NCBI GenBank assembly: GCA_964016885.1
Contig: OZ024741.1
Coordinates: 310,062,001-310,126,000 of the forward strand
Direction of reading: 5' to 3'
Length of the DNA: 64,000 bases
Source of the DNA: Eledone cirrhosa
Taxonomy: Eukaryota
The translations under genes and the position numbers were made by a program. The notes under the pieces were generated by a model. The model worked only from the letters and a program-made list of their open reading frames with translations, made no database searches and was not told the DNA's origin. How positions within the stretch are numbered: position 1 is the stretch's first letter; the number at the start of each line of letters is the position of its first letter. Below, in pieces: positions 43,601 to 56,120 of the stretch.

Positions 43601-44322
43601 CACTGCTAGCTGCAAAAGGCTTCTCCCTCAGAATGAAAGGCAGACTGTATGATGCGTGTATCCGAACAGCGATGTTGCATGGTAGTGAGACCTGGGCGCT
43701 GAAGGTGGAAGACTTACGTAGATTAGAGAGAAACGAAGCCTGCATGCTCCGATGGATGTGTAACAGTAATATACGTGAACGACAAAGCATAAAGGAATTG
43801 AGAGAGAGACTGAGCATAAGAGGAATCAAATGCTGCGTGCAGGAGAGGCGGTTACGCTGGTATGGACATGTGATGCGTATGAAGGATGACAGCTGCATAA
43901 AAAGGTGCAGAGCACTAGAAGTTGATGGAAACCGCGGAGTGGGGAGACCCAAGATGACTTGGGATGAGGTGATAAAAGCCGACCTTACCCAACTACACCT
44001 CTCAAAGTCAATGACACACGACCGTGACTTCTGGCGTCACGCAGTAATACAGGGTACCCGACCTCCCATGGGTACATGCTGAAGCATATACACCCAGCCC
44101 ACACTGTAAAGTGGACGTGTAGGTGCCACGAAAAAGCACCCAGCACTCACTGTAAATGAGGTTGGTGTTAGGAAGGGCATCCAGCTGTAGAAATCAAGCC
44201 AGATCAGTTCCTGTATGAGCAAGGCATGGTCAGCCGACCAGACACTGCACACAACAGGACAACCCGTCTAACCCATGCTAGCGTGGAAGAACGGACGTAA
44301 AACGGTGATGATGATGATGATG
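40670..44322 (+). mobile_element. RTE LINE family C, apparently full length
   Basis: C-rich 5' UTR of about 290 nt, one long ORF, structured 3' UTR, (GAT)n tail; TA arrays on both sides. Confidence 0.95.
40963..44082 (+). CDS. APE endonuclease - reverse transcriptase polyprotein with internal PHD-type zinc finger (1039 aa)
   Basis: TINVGSM, CVQETRW, SAYAPQ, GDFNGHVG, QLDF, SQHSLV (EN); YADD at 43120; C4HC3 at 43291-43422; no stops. Confidence 0.95.
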   Translation: MNLRATKHPREAPTQRPSPTSVEKCPKLRVGTINVGSMKGRAGEIVEMLERKEVDVCCVQETRWRGGSARVLVGKSQCYKFFWVGNDDGMGGVGILLADKWVDKVISVYRVNARIIKLRLVLNKTITTIISAYAPQSGLPDELMDRFYESLIHTTALTDDKDFLIIAGDFNGHVGKHCDGFNRVHGGHGVGTRNEEGFRLLEFCDANDMSICNTNFKKPDNHLITYRSGEHSSQLDFILIRGRDRWTVVNTKAFPSEECTSQHSLVVSDLTVRTRRALKQRPTWRRKIWKLKVPSTSNRFKDILLNAYDSKEEQIETFNVEENWEFLKNNLLEATDEVCGWSKTSSRRRVTWWWNNKVDEAVKAKRQAWKEWKNGGSRVHYIETKREARRQVYLARREAEDRKFKHVLQREDQKQEVFKIARQCVRDSCDVIGEKCIRNDKGELALTSAEKKDAWKSHYDRLLNEENAWEEETLPHVDPIEGPAVQVSGSVVSKAIRDMKIGKATGPSGIAAEMLKASGSVGHTITTRIVNQVILEGAIPKDWCSSIIVYCYKGKGDALDRGNYRGIKLMDQVMKVTERVIAQLIRDRVNIDEMQFGFVPGKGTTDALFLVRQLQEKYLAKSKPLYLAFVDLEKAFDRVPRAVIWWALRKLGVDEWLVKAVQAMYRGAVSKVRIGNEYSEEFSVQVGVHQGSVLSPLLFIIVLQAITEEFKTGCPWELLYADDLALIAESMVELENKFQTWKQGLERKGLKVNMTKTKVLISRRENRTQIPSGKWPCSVCRKGVGRNSILCPKCKQWVHKRCSGISGSLIKNVGFTCSSCDETASKQPQETSTTNLWEGSVETVDSFCYLGDRISNGGGCSESTITRVRTGWKKFRELLPLLAAKGFSLRMKGRLYDACIRTAMLHGSETWALKVEDLRRLERNEACMLRWMCNSNIRERQSIKELRERLSIRGIKCCVQERRLRWYGHVMRMKDDSCIKRCRALEVDGNRGVGRPKMTWDEVIKADLTQLHLSKSMTHDRDFWRHAVIQGTRPPMGTC

Positions 44323-44354
44323 TATATATATATGTATATGTATATATGTATATG

Positions 44355-44385
<31 letters not shown>

Positions 44386-44472
44386 GTATATATGTATATG
44401 TGTATATGTATATATGTATATATATGTATATATGTATATATATGTATATATGTATATATATGTATATATGTA

Positions 44473-44565
<93 letters not shown>

Positions 44566-44572
44566 ATATATA
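44323..44572. repeat. (TA)n-TG array
   Basis: Direct reading. Confidence 0.95.
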
Positions 44573-45954
44573 TTTCGTTTCTGAATTTGTTTAGCAAGAT
44601 TCTTTATCTGAAATGGTGTGTTGAAACCGATATTGTTATACTTTGGGACGGTCATGTTGCCAATAAGAAACACACGCACCAGTTGCTTTCACTTCAATTT
44701 ATTATTATAATAAATTTATAAATTTCTAGCTGGTTGGTTGGTTCCACAACCAGATAGTTGTTTATATATTGTCATAGTCCTTTCGTCACACACTCTGCGA
44801 CCTCTTCAGTGACTGGGGATTCCTTTCTTTGTTTCTGTGCCTCTCCTTTGTTCTGTCCTACGCCATTTTGTTTCTGTGTGTGTGTTGTGTGCTCAGTCTG
44901 CGCATGCGCGACATCCGGGTGTCTGTGTGTGTTTATGTTCATTTATTTATTTGTTTATTTACATGTTACTGGTTGGTTGTTTGTTCTATGTGTGTGTGTG
45001 TTTTCATTTTGTCCTTAATTGTAAGTTGTGATGTTGCTGTTCTAATTTTGGTTGTAATTCTTTTATGTTTATTGCCTCTGTAATTTGTCTAAACATTGCG
45101 TCTTTTCTGTGTGTAGATTCTATTTTTATTTCTATGTTCTCTAATTTACCCTTGTGTTCTATTTTAGCATGTTGGTAGAGTACAGATGATTCTTTACTAT
45201 CTTGAAGGTCTCGCCAGTGTTCATTTATCCGTTCCCCTACACTACGAGCTGTCTCACCTATGTACACTATATTTTTGTCTCTACATTGTCCTTCAGTACA
45301 TCTTATGCTATACACTACATTTCTAGTTTTACAGTTAATATGGGGGCTTATTTTACAGGTTATACATTTCTTATCTATACAGAGGGGTCTTTGAAAAGGG
45401 TATGTCTTGCTAATAAGTGTTTTTACGGAGGTACCTGGTCTTTCTACTATCTTAATATTGAGGTTATGTTTATCTAGGGCTCTTCTAAATTTGTAAGCTA
45501 ATTCACCTCTAGGGGTTGTATCGATGAACATTACACTCTGGTATTTATTGCTATCATACCATAAGTTTATTCTATTAGTCTTATTCCTAGTTCTTTCTAT
45601 TCTATTCCAAAATTTGCTCCTATACAAGGGGCAGGTCCCATTTATGTCATTATTTACCATTTTTTCCCATTTGGTTCTGGCTCCTCTATACACTCTGATT
45701 TTATCTCTCTGATTGTAGCCAGAGAACTACATACGGTGGATGAAGTGTTGTATGTGTCTCTCTGGTTCTTCGGGGTTGCACATGCGGGACACGTTTCTCA
45801 TCACCTGTACCAAATCCGCAATCAGTATTTTGGACCATACCAAAATCAACATACTGATTGCGGATTTGGTACGGGTGATGAGAAACGTGTCCCGCATGTG
45901 CAACCCCGAAGAACTAGAGAGACACATACAACACTTCATCCACCGTATGCAGTT
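44573..45954 (-). mobile_element. Third PLE, 5'-truncated (thumb and GIY-YIG), with about 100 bp folded back at the truncation point
   Basis: ORF 45004-45693(-) has NVVYSIRC..YIGETARSVGERINEH; inverted repeat 45725-45828 / 45851-45954. Confidence 0.88.
44771..44813 (-). ncRNA. Minimal type I hammerhead ribozyme in the PLE 3' region
   Basis: GTCA-CTGAAGA-G GTCGCA GAGTG TGTGAC-GAAA-GGAC-TA^TGAC. Confidence 0.7.
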
Positions 45955-46140
45955 GGGACGGGTGTGTATTTTGTTAGAGGTGCCTACTGACTGTAGTAAG
46001 TTTTACTTTGTATTTAGGTAAGGCGGTTTTACTTTGTATTTAGGTAAGAGCAATGTGAAATAAAGTGTCTTGCTCATATGTATGTATATATATATATATA
46101 TATGTATGTATATATATATATATATGTATGTATATATATG

Positions 46141-47474
46141 TTAGAGAAGAAATTCCAAAAATTCCAAAAATTCCAAACATGGAAGCACGGCCTAGAGTCA
46201 AAAGGACTTAAAATTAACCTGGCTAAGACCAAAGTACTAGTTTGTAGGAAAGAAAACAAGGCGGCGGTCCCTTCTGGGAAATGGTCGTGCTCGGTGTGTA
46301 GGAAAGGCGTAGGTAGAAACTCCATTTTATGTCCTAAATGCAAAGTATGGGTGCATAAAAGATGTAGTGGGATCACAGGTAAGCTAACTAAGAACATAGA
46401 TTTTACATGTGGCCGGTGCTCTGGTGCAATAAGTAGCAGCAAGTGCCCACAAACTACTAGCTCTTTCAATTGCGCAGAGGGTTCTATAGAAATAGTGGAC
46501 AGCTTCCGTTACCTGGGCGATAAAATCAGCAGTGGGGGAGGGTGCTCTGAAAGTACTGTAGCTAGAGTCAGAACTGGTTGGAAAAAGTTCAGAGAGCTTA
46601 TACCACTATTAGCTGCTAAAGGGTTCTCACTAAAAATGAAAGGCAGGTTGTACGATGCCTGCATACGAACAGCAATGCTGCATGGCAGTGAGACCTGGGC
46701 ATTGTGTGCAGAGGATATACGCAGACTAGAGAGGAACGAAGCTTGCATGCTCCGCTGGATGTGTAACAGTAATATACGTGAACGGCAAAGCATAAACGAA
46801 CTAAGGAAAAAATTAGAGATAAGAGGGATCAGATGTTGTTTACTCGAGAGAAGGCTACGTTGGTATGGACACGTGATGCGCATGAAAGTCGATAGCTGTA
46901 TAACCAAGTGCAGGGCAATAAAGATAGACGGTAGTCACGGAATAGGCAGACCTAGAAAAACCTGGGACGAGCTGATAAACTCCGACATCACACACTTACA
47001 CCTCTCCAAGACAATGTCACTGGACCGAGACCTTTGGCGGTACTCAGTAACAGAGAAGACCCGCCTTACCTAAATATATAGTAAAACCTACTCCAGCCAG
47101 TAGGCATCTCTAACAAAATACACCCCGTCCCACCACCACCACCCCCACCCGATCCACACCACCCCGTTCTATGTAAAGTTATGTTGGTGCCGCGCCATCG
47201 AGGCCGAAACAAATGAGATCGTGTAGGTGTCACGACAAAAAAACACACAGTCCACGCTGTAATGTGGCCGTGTAGGCAACACGGTAAAAACCTCCCAGAC
47301 CCACACTGTAAATGTGGTTGGTGTTAGGAAGGGCATCCAACTGTAGAAAACCTGCCAGACAGTCCTATGCGAGCAAGACAATCACTCTTGCCTCAAGTGG
47401 GACTACCCCCCGTCCAAACCCATGCAAGCGTGGAACACGGACGTTAAACGTTGATGATGATGATGATGATGATG
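46141..47474 (+). mobile_element. RTE LINE family A, 5'-truncated
   Basis: Starts LEKKFQ with AAATTCCAA three times; PHD-type finger, C-terminus, 3' UTR, (GAT)n. Confidence 0.95.
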
Positions 47475-47493
47475 TATATGTATATATGTATAT

Positions 47494-47838
47494 GGAGGCA
47501 CATGGCTTAGTGGTCAGAGCACTGGCCTTGCAATCGAAAGGTTGTGAGTTCAATTCTCAGACCGGGTGATGTGTTGTTTCCTTGAGCAAGACACTTTATT
47601 TCACATTGCTCCAGTTTACTCAGCTGTAGAAATGAGATGATAGAGACTGGGGTCCATATCATTCCACTGCAAAGTGGTCTTGGAGGTGCCACGGCAAAAA
47701 AGCCAGCACTCACTGTAAATGAGGTTAGTGTTAGGAAGGGCATCCAGCTGTAGAAATCAAGCCACAATCAGTTCCTGTCCCACCCTTGCAATCAGGGAAA
47801 AGCGGACGTAAAATGAAATGATGAATGATGATGATGAT
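47494..47838 (+). mobile_element. tRNA/CORE SINE (copy 3)
   Basis: Near-identical to 8993-9338. Confidence 0.88.
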
Positions 47839-47964
47839 ATATGTATATGTATATATATATGTGTATGTATATGTAGATATATGTATATGTATGTATATGT
47901 ATATATATATATGTATATGTGTATATGTATATGTGTATATGTATGTATGTGTATATGTATGTAT

Positions 47965-47995
<31 letters not shown>

Positions 47996-48008
47996 TATAT
48001 ATATATGT

Positions 48009-48044
<36 letters not shown>

Positions 48045-48127
48045 GTATGTATGTATATATATGTATGTATATGTGTATGTATGTATATGTATGTATGTAT
48101 ATATATGTATGTATATGTGTATATATG

Positions 48128-48160
<33 letters not shown>

Positions 48161-48174
48161 GTATGTATATATAT
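47839..48174. repeat. (TA/TG)n array between two tail-to-tail elements
   Basis: Direct reading. Confidence 0.95.
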
Positions 48175-50210
48175 ATCATCATCATCATCATTTTACGTCC
48201 GCTTTTCCCTGCTTGCAAGGGTGGGACGGGTCTTATTCAGCACAGCATCTCTCCACTCGTCACGGTCCCTCGTCATCTCCACCGTGAGCTTCAATGATCT
48301 GAGGTCTGTTCTCACCACCTCTGCCCATGTTTTTCGTGGTCTACCTCTACCACGTCTTCCCTCAACTGGCATTTCCTGGCACTTCTTCACCCATCGGTCA
48401 TCCTCCATGCGCATCACATGTCCATACCACCTCAGTCTCCTCTCCCGTACACTACATTCTATCCCTCTCAGACACAGTTTCTCTCTCAACACATTTATGC
48501 TGGGTCGTTCACGCACATTTACACTGCACATCCAACGGAGCATGCTTGCCTCATTTCTCTCCAGCCGTCGCATATCCTCTGCGGTTGCTGCCCATGTCTC
48601 ACTACCATGCAGCATCGCGCTCCTCACACAGGCATCATACAACCGGCCTTTCGTACGCAGGGAGAAACCCTTCTTCGTCAACAGAGGAAGCAGCTCCCTA
48701 AACTTCTTCCAACCCGTCCTTATTCTAGATACTATGGCCTCGGAACACCCTCCTCCCATGCTAATCTGATCTCCTAGGTACCGGAAGCTATCCACCACTT
48801 CTATAGCGCCTTCTCGCATTTGAAAAATGTGTCTATCAGTGCGACTTCTACTGTCTAATTTCCCTGTACATCTACTGCATACATATTTCTCCCTACCTGT
48901 TAGTTTGCCTGCTATCCCGCTACATCTCTTGTGTACCCAGGACCTGCATTGTGTGCATTTTATAGAATTTATGCCAGTTCCTTTTCTGCATATCGAACAT
49001 GGCCATTTCCCTGACGGAATCAGGGTTTTGTCCTCTTTTCTACTCATCAACACTTTTGTCTTAGCTAGATTTACTCTCAGTCCTCTTGCTTCCAACTGCT
49101 GTTTCCATAGCCGGAATTTATTCTCTAGCTCCTCTACTGATTCTGCCATAAGAGCCAGATCGTCAGCATAGAGAAGTTCCCATGGACAGCCAGTCTTAAA
49201 CTCCTCTGTTATGGCTTGGAGGACTATAATGAACAAGAGCGGGCTGAGGACCGAACCCTGATGTACTCCTACTTGTATCTGGAATTCCTCACTAAACTCC
49301 ATTCCTACCCTGACTTTACTGAGAGTACCTCTGTACAAAGTTTGCACTGTCCTCACAAGCCATTCCTCAACACCCAGCTTCCTTAGGGACCACCAGATGA
49401 CAGATCGGGGTACCCTATCAAAGGCCTTCTCTAGGTCAACAAAGGCTAAGTATAGTGGCTTATTCTTCTCTAAGAACCTCTCTTGCATTTGTCTCACCAA
49501 GAAGAGGGCATCTGTTGTACTCTTCCCAGGCACAAAACCAAACTGCATCTCATCTAGTTTGACCCTTTCTCTAATTAGTTGTGCTAAAATCCTTTCTGCC
49601 ACTTTCATAACCTGATCTATCAGCTTTATACCCCTATAATTGCTCCTCTCCAAAGCATTCCCTTTACCTTTGTAGCAATTTATGAGAATACTGCTGCACC
49701 AGTCTTTGGGTATGACACCACCATATATAGCCTGATTGATGATGCGTGCAACCAGTTTAGTGCCTACGTCCCCTGATGCCTTCAGCATCTCAGCAACTAT
49801 TCCCGATGGTCCGGCCGCCTTACCATTTTTCATTTCCCTAATCGCCTCTTGGAGCCTATATTCGTCAATCTCAATAGCTGGTCCCTCTGTCGGATCTACC
49901 AAGGGTAATTTCTCTCTCTCCCATTCGTTCTCCACATTCATCAGTCTCTCATAATGACATTTCCAGGCCTCCTTTTTCTGGTCATTCGTGACACTAAGTA
50001 CACCGGCATCATCCCGGACACATTTATCACCAACAACATCCTGATTTGCATTGACACACTACCTTGCAATGTGGAACACCGCACGTCTCTGATCTTCCCG
50101 TCGCAGAACATTGGCAAACTTCCTACTCTCTGCCTCCCTGCGTGCTAAGTACACCTGACGTCTAGCTTCTCTCTTAGTGGCTGTATATTCTTCCCTACTC
50201 CCACCCTCTT
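48175..50210 (-). mobile_element. RTE LINE family B, 5'-truncated, uninterrupted ORF 48193-49941
   Basis: 582-aa RT-PHD ORF whose stop lies immediately before the tail; homologous to 12225-14244. Confidence 0.95.
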
Positions 50211-50215
50211 TTTTT

Positions 50216-50398
50216 ATGTATGTATGTATATATATATGTATGTATATATATATATGTATGTATATATATATATGTATGTATATGTATATATATGTATATA
50301 TATATATGTATGTATATGTATATATATATATGTATGTATATGTATGTATATATATTTGTATGTATATATATATATATGTATGTATATATATTTGTATG

Positions 50399-50451
<53 letters not shown>

Positions 50452-50901
50452 GTATGTGTATGTATGTATGTATATATATGTATATATATGTATGTATATG
50501 TATGTATATATATGTATATGTATAAATATATGTATGTATATATATTTATGTATATATATATATATATATATATATCATCATCATCATCATCATCATCATC
50601 ATCGTTTAACGTCCCTGTTCCACGCTTGCATGGGTTTGGACGGGGGTTTTCCCACTTGAGGCAAGAGTGGTTGTCTTGCTCGCATAGGACCGTCTGGCGG
50701 GTTTTCTACAGCTGGATGCCCTTCCTAACACCAACCACATTTACATATATATATATATATGTATGTATGTATATGTATATATATATATATTTATGTATAT
50801 ATATATATGTATGTATGTATGTATATGTATGTATGTATATGTATATATATATTTATGTATATATATATATGTATGTATGTATGTATATGTATGTATGTAT
50901 G

Positions 50902-50932
<31 letters not shown>

Positions 50933-50935
50933 ATG

Positions 50936-50972
<37 letters not shown>

Positions 50973-51055
50973 GTATGTATGTATATGTATATATATATAT
51001 ACATATGTATGTATGTATATATGTATATATATATATATATGTATGTATGTATATG

Positions 51056-51088
<33 letters not shown>

Positions 51089-51211
51089 ATGTATATATAT
51101 ATATATATATATGTATGTATATGTATATATATATATATATGTATGTATGTATATGTATATATATATATGTATGTATGTATATGTATATATATATATGTAT
51201 GTATGTATATG

Positions 51212-51249
<38 letters not shown>

Positions 51250-51279
51250 TATGTATGTATATGTATATATCTATGTATG

Positions 51280-51310
<31 letters not shown>

Positions 51311-51552
51311 GTATGTATATGTATATATATATATATATGTATATATATATGTATATGTATATATATATATGTATGTATGTATATGTATATATATATATAT
51401 GTATGTATATGTATATATATATATATGTATGTATATGTATATGTGTATGTATATGTATATGTGTATGTATATGTATATGTGTATATATATATATATATAT
51501 TTATATGTATATGTGTATATATATATGTATGTATATGTATATATATATATGT
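50216..51552. repeat. Two (TA/TATG)n arrays split by a family A 3' UTR fragment (50574-50744, - strand)
   Basis: Direct reading; (ATC)n-GTTTAACGTCC..CCACATTTACA in the middle. Confidence 0.9.
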
Positions 51553-51583
<31 letters not shown>

Positions 51584-53416
51584 ACGTTTAACGTCCGTGT
51601 TCCACGCTTGCATGGGTTTGGACGGGGGTTTTCCCACTTGAGGCAAGAGTGGTTGTCTTGCTCGCACAGGGCCGTCTGGCGGGTTTTCTACAGTTGGATG
51701 CCCTTCCTAACACCAACCACATTTACAGTGGGGGTCTGGGAGGTTTTTACCGTGTTGCCTACACGGCCACATTACAGCGTGGACTGTGTGTATTTTTGTC
51801 GCGACACCTACAAGATCTCATTTGTTTCGGCCTGGATGGCGCGGCACCAACATAACTTTACATAGAACGGGGTGGTGTGGATGGGGTGGTGGTGGTGGCG
51901 GGACGGGCTGTATTTTGTTAGAGATGCCTACTGGCAAGGCGGGTCTTCTCTGTTACTGAGTACCGCCAAAGGTCTCGGTCCAGTGACATTGTCTTGGAGA
52001 GGTGTAAGTGTGTGAGGTCGGAGCTTATCAGCTCGTACCAGGTTTTTCTAGGTCTGCCTATTCCGTGGCTACCGTCTATCTTTATTGCCCTGCACTTTGT
52101 TATACAGCTATCGACTTTCATGCGCATCACGTGTCCATACCAACGTAGCCTTCTCTCGAGTAAACAACATCTGATCCCTCTTATCTCTAATTTTTTCCTT
52201 AGTTTGTTTATGCTTTGCCGTTCACGTATATTACTGTTACACATCCAGCGGAGCATGCAAGCTTCGTTCCTCTCTAGTCTGCGTATATCCTCTGCACACA
52301 ATGCCCAGGTCTCACTACCATGCAACATTGCTGTTCGTATGCAGGCATCGTACAACCTGCCTTTCATTTTTAGGGAGAACCCTTTAGCAGCTAATAGTGG
52401 TATAAGCTCTCTGAACTTTTTCCAACCAGTTCTGACTCTAGCTACAGTACTTTCAGAGCACCCTCCCCCACTGCTGATTTTATCGCCCAGGTAACGGAAG
52501 CTGTCCACTATTTCTATAGAACCCTCTGCGCAATTGAAAGAGCTAGTATTTTGTGGGCACTTGCTGCTACTTATTGCACCAGAACACCGGCCACATGTAA
52601 AATCTATGTTCTTAGTTAGCTTACCTGTGATCCCACTACATCTTTTATGCACCCATACTTTGCATTTAGGACATAAAATGGAGTTTCTACCTACGCCTTT
52701 CCTACACACCGAGCACGACCATTTCCCAGAAGGGACCGCCGCCTTGTTTTCTTTCCTACAAACTAGAACTTTGGTCTTAGCCAGGTTAATTTTAAGTCCT
52801 TTTGACTCTAGGCCGTGCTTCCATGTTTGGAATTTCTTCTCTAGCTCGGCCATTGATTCCGCTATGAGTGACAGGTCGTCTGCGTATAGGAGTTCCCATG
52901 GGCAGCCTGTCTTGAACTCCTCTGTTATAGCCTGAAGGGCAATAATAAATAGTAGGGGGCTGAGAACAGAGCCCTGATGGACGCCAACTTTTACGCTAAA
53001 CTCTTCACTATATTCGTTGTTAATTCTAACCTTGCTGACTGTTTCTTTATACATGGCTTGTATAGCCCTCACAAGCCATTCGTCAACGCCTAGTTTTCTA
53101 AGAGCCCACCAGATAATGGAGCGGGGGACTCTGTCGAAGGCTTTCTCCAAGTCGACAAAAGCTAAGTAGAGGGGTTTACCTTTAGCTAGGTACTTCTCCT
53201 GTAGTTGTCGTACTATGAAAAGAGCGTCTGTGGTGCTTTTGCCTGACACAAACACGAACTGCATTTCATCTAGGTCAATTCTCTCTTTGATTAGTTGCGC
53301 TATTACTTTTTCCGTGACCTTCATGACCTGGTCGATTAATTTAATGCCTCTATAGTTACTCCTATCTAGGGCATCTCCTTTACCCTTATAACAGTTAACG
53401 ATGATGCTGCTATGCC
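51553..53416 (-). mobile_element. RTE LINE family A, 5'-truncated, reverse orientation
   Basis: ORF 51918-53324(-), 468 aa; 3' UTR and tail. Confidence 0.95.
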
Positions 53417-53765
53417 GGGGGTTTTCCCACTTGAGGCAAGAGTGGTTGTCTTGCTCGCATAGGACTGTCTGGCAGGTTTTCTACAGTTGGATGCCCTTCC
53501 TAACACCAACCGCATTTACAGTGTGGGGCTGGGAGGTTTTTACCGTGTTGCCTACACGGCCACATTACAGCGTGGACTGTCTGGCAGGTTTTCTACAGCT
53601 GGATGCCCTTCCTAACACCAACCACATTTACAGTGTGGGACTGGGACGTTTTTACCGTGTTGCCTACACGGTCATATTACAGCGTGGACTGTGTGTTTTT
53701 TTTTTTTCGTGACACCTACACGATCTCATTTGTTTCGGCCTGGATTTTGTGGCACCAACATAACT
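53417..53765 (-). mobile_element. Tailless, internally duplicated family A 3' UTR fused to the 5' break of the preceding copy
   Basis: About 53463-53580 is repeated at about 53574-53692; no terminal hairpin or (GAT)n. Confidence 0.85.
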
Positions 53766-53838
53766 ATGTATACATATATAAATCTATATACACACATGTA
53801 CATGTACACATACACGCACTCCCAGAAATATATATATA

Positions 53839-55123
53839 TCAAACATGGAAGCACGGCCTAGAATCAAAAGGCCTTAAAATTAACCTGGCTAAGACTAAAG
53901 TTCTAGTTTGTAAGAAAGAAAATAAGGCGGCGGTCCCCTCCGGGAAGTGGCCATGCGCAGAGTGTAGGAAAGGCGTAGGTAGAAACTCCATTTTGTGTCC
54001 CAAATGCAAAGTTTGGGTGCATAAAAGATGTAGTGGTATCACAGGTAAGCTAACTAAGAACATAGATTTTACATGTGGCCGGTGTTCCAGCGCAATAAGT
54101 AGCAGCAAGTGCCCACAAAATACTAGCTCTTTCAGCTGCGCAGAGGGTTCTATGGATATAGTGGACAGCTTCAGTTACCTGGGTGACAAAATCAGCAGTG
54201 GGGGAGGGTGCTCTGAAAGTACAGTAGCTAGAGTCAGAACTGGGTGGAAAAAGTTCAGAGAGCTTATACCACTATTAGCCGCTAAAGGGTTCTCCCTAAA
54301 AATGAAAGGCAGGTTGTACGATGCCTGCATACGAACAGCAATGTTGCATGGCAGTGAGACCTGGGCATTGTGTGCAGAAGATATACGCAGACTAGAGAGA
54401 AACGAAGCTTGCATGCTCCGCTGGATGTGTAATAGTAATATACGTGAACGACAAAGCATAAACGAACTAAGGAAAAAATTAGAAATAAGAGGGATCAGAT
54501 GTTGTCTACTCGAGAGAAGGCTACGTTGGTATGGTCACGTAATGCGCATGAAGGACGATAGCTGTATAACAAAGTGCAGGGCAATAAAGATAGACGGTAG
54601 CCACGGAATAGGCAGACCCAGAAAAACCTGGGATGAGCTGATAAACTCCGACCTCACACACTTACACCTCACCAAGACAATGTCACTGGACCGAGACCTT
54701 TGGCGGTACTCAGTAATAGAGAAGACCCGCCTTACCTAAATACAAAGTAAAACCTACGACAGTCAGTAGGCATCTCTAACAAAATACTCCCCCGTCCCAC
54801 CACCCCCACCCCATCCACACCGCCCCCTTCTATGTAAAGTTATGTTGGTGTCACACCATCCAGGCCGAACAAATGAGATCGTGTAGGTGTCACGACAAAA
54901 AAACACACAGTCCACGCTGTAATGTGGCCGTGTAGGCAACACGGTAAAAACCTCCCAGACCCACACTGTAAATGTGGTTGGTGTTAGGAAGGGCATCCAA
55001 CTGTAGAAAACCTGCCAGACAGTCCTATGTGAGCAAGACAATCACTCTTGCCTCAAGTGGGAAAACCCCCGTCCAAACCCATGCAAGCGTGGAACACGGA
55101 CGTTAAACGTTGATGATGATGAT
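53839..55123 (+). mobile_element. RTE LINE family A, 5'-truncated
   Basis: QTWKHGLESKG to EKTRLT*, 3' UTR, (GAT)n. Confidence 0.95.
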
Positions 55124-55839
55124 ATATATATTGAGTGAGTGTGAAAGACCAAAGGTCATTATTGAAAGTCTCTGGATGTGTATATTTCGCAAGGTATTTT
55201 ATATTTTTTTAATGGAGAAGGTAAGAATGATCACTTGCATACTCTACTAAAAATTCTATTATAACATTCTGTATTAACATTTAGTATTACTGTATATTGC
55301 CAGTAATATGTACAGTATATATATACACTATAATTAGTAAAAGAAAATGTATTTTTTCCCGCAATATTTTGATTACACTGTTTTGTTTTGATTTACGTAA
55401 TTTTTGAAAATGTTATTCATTATTAAAGTTAAATGATAGCATTCTATATGTGGGTGAGCCCTCTTTATCTCTTGGCAACCAATATCTTTAGACCCAGTCC
55501 GCCACTATATGTATGTATGTATAGTTATGTTCTGTAAAAATTACTGGATACCAATTTCAGCTTTAGATGCATTTATGTGAATTTGATATTTATTATATAA
55601 ACATGGAAATGATGCTACTATCTATTTGTTATTGACATAAGCTGCAGAGTGTTTATATGAAATATGATTGACTGAAGTTTCAATTCATCATATTTTATTT
55701 GTATTCAGGCATAACTCGTGTTTTGCAAATTATCTGCTCTAAGCCACATGCAGTTATGTTATAGTTTCATTACATGCAGCTTAACTATGTTTCGATCTGT
55801 TCATCAGATGCTATGATGATTACAATTAACGCAATTTAT

Positions 55840-55899
<60 letters not shown>

Positions 55900-55963
55900 G
55901 CTAGAGTGTGTGTGTATGCACACAGATTCTTACATTTATTCCTGTATTTGTTCATTCTACTAG

Positions 55964-56120
55964 CTTTTCTTCCACCCACTGTGATGCTACCCCCTCGTCG
56001 TTTACAAACCTTACTTAGCCAGGCTGTAGAACTACAAACAGATCAATGTTTGTACCACAATACCAAACTTGACAACAACCTTGATGCAGTCTCTCTCCTC
56101 ATAGACCACACTTGTAATAG
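55964..56120 (+). CDS. WDR26: WDR26-like exon [51 protein letters not shown]
   Basis: TAG acceptor, GT donor, phase 1/2 continuing the exon that ends at 23462; near-identical to recalled WDR26 sequence. Confidence 0.96.

Noticed and set aside
53603-54739. 378-aa ORF as a novel fusion protein
   Set aside because: Chance read-through from an antisense UTR and microsatellite into a truncated LINE ORF
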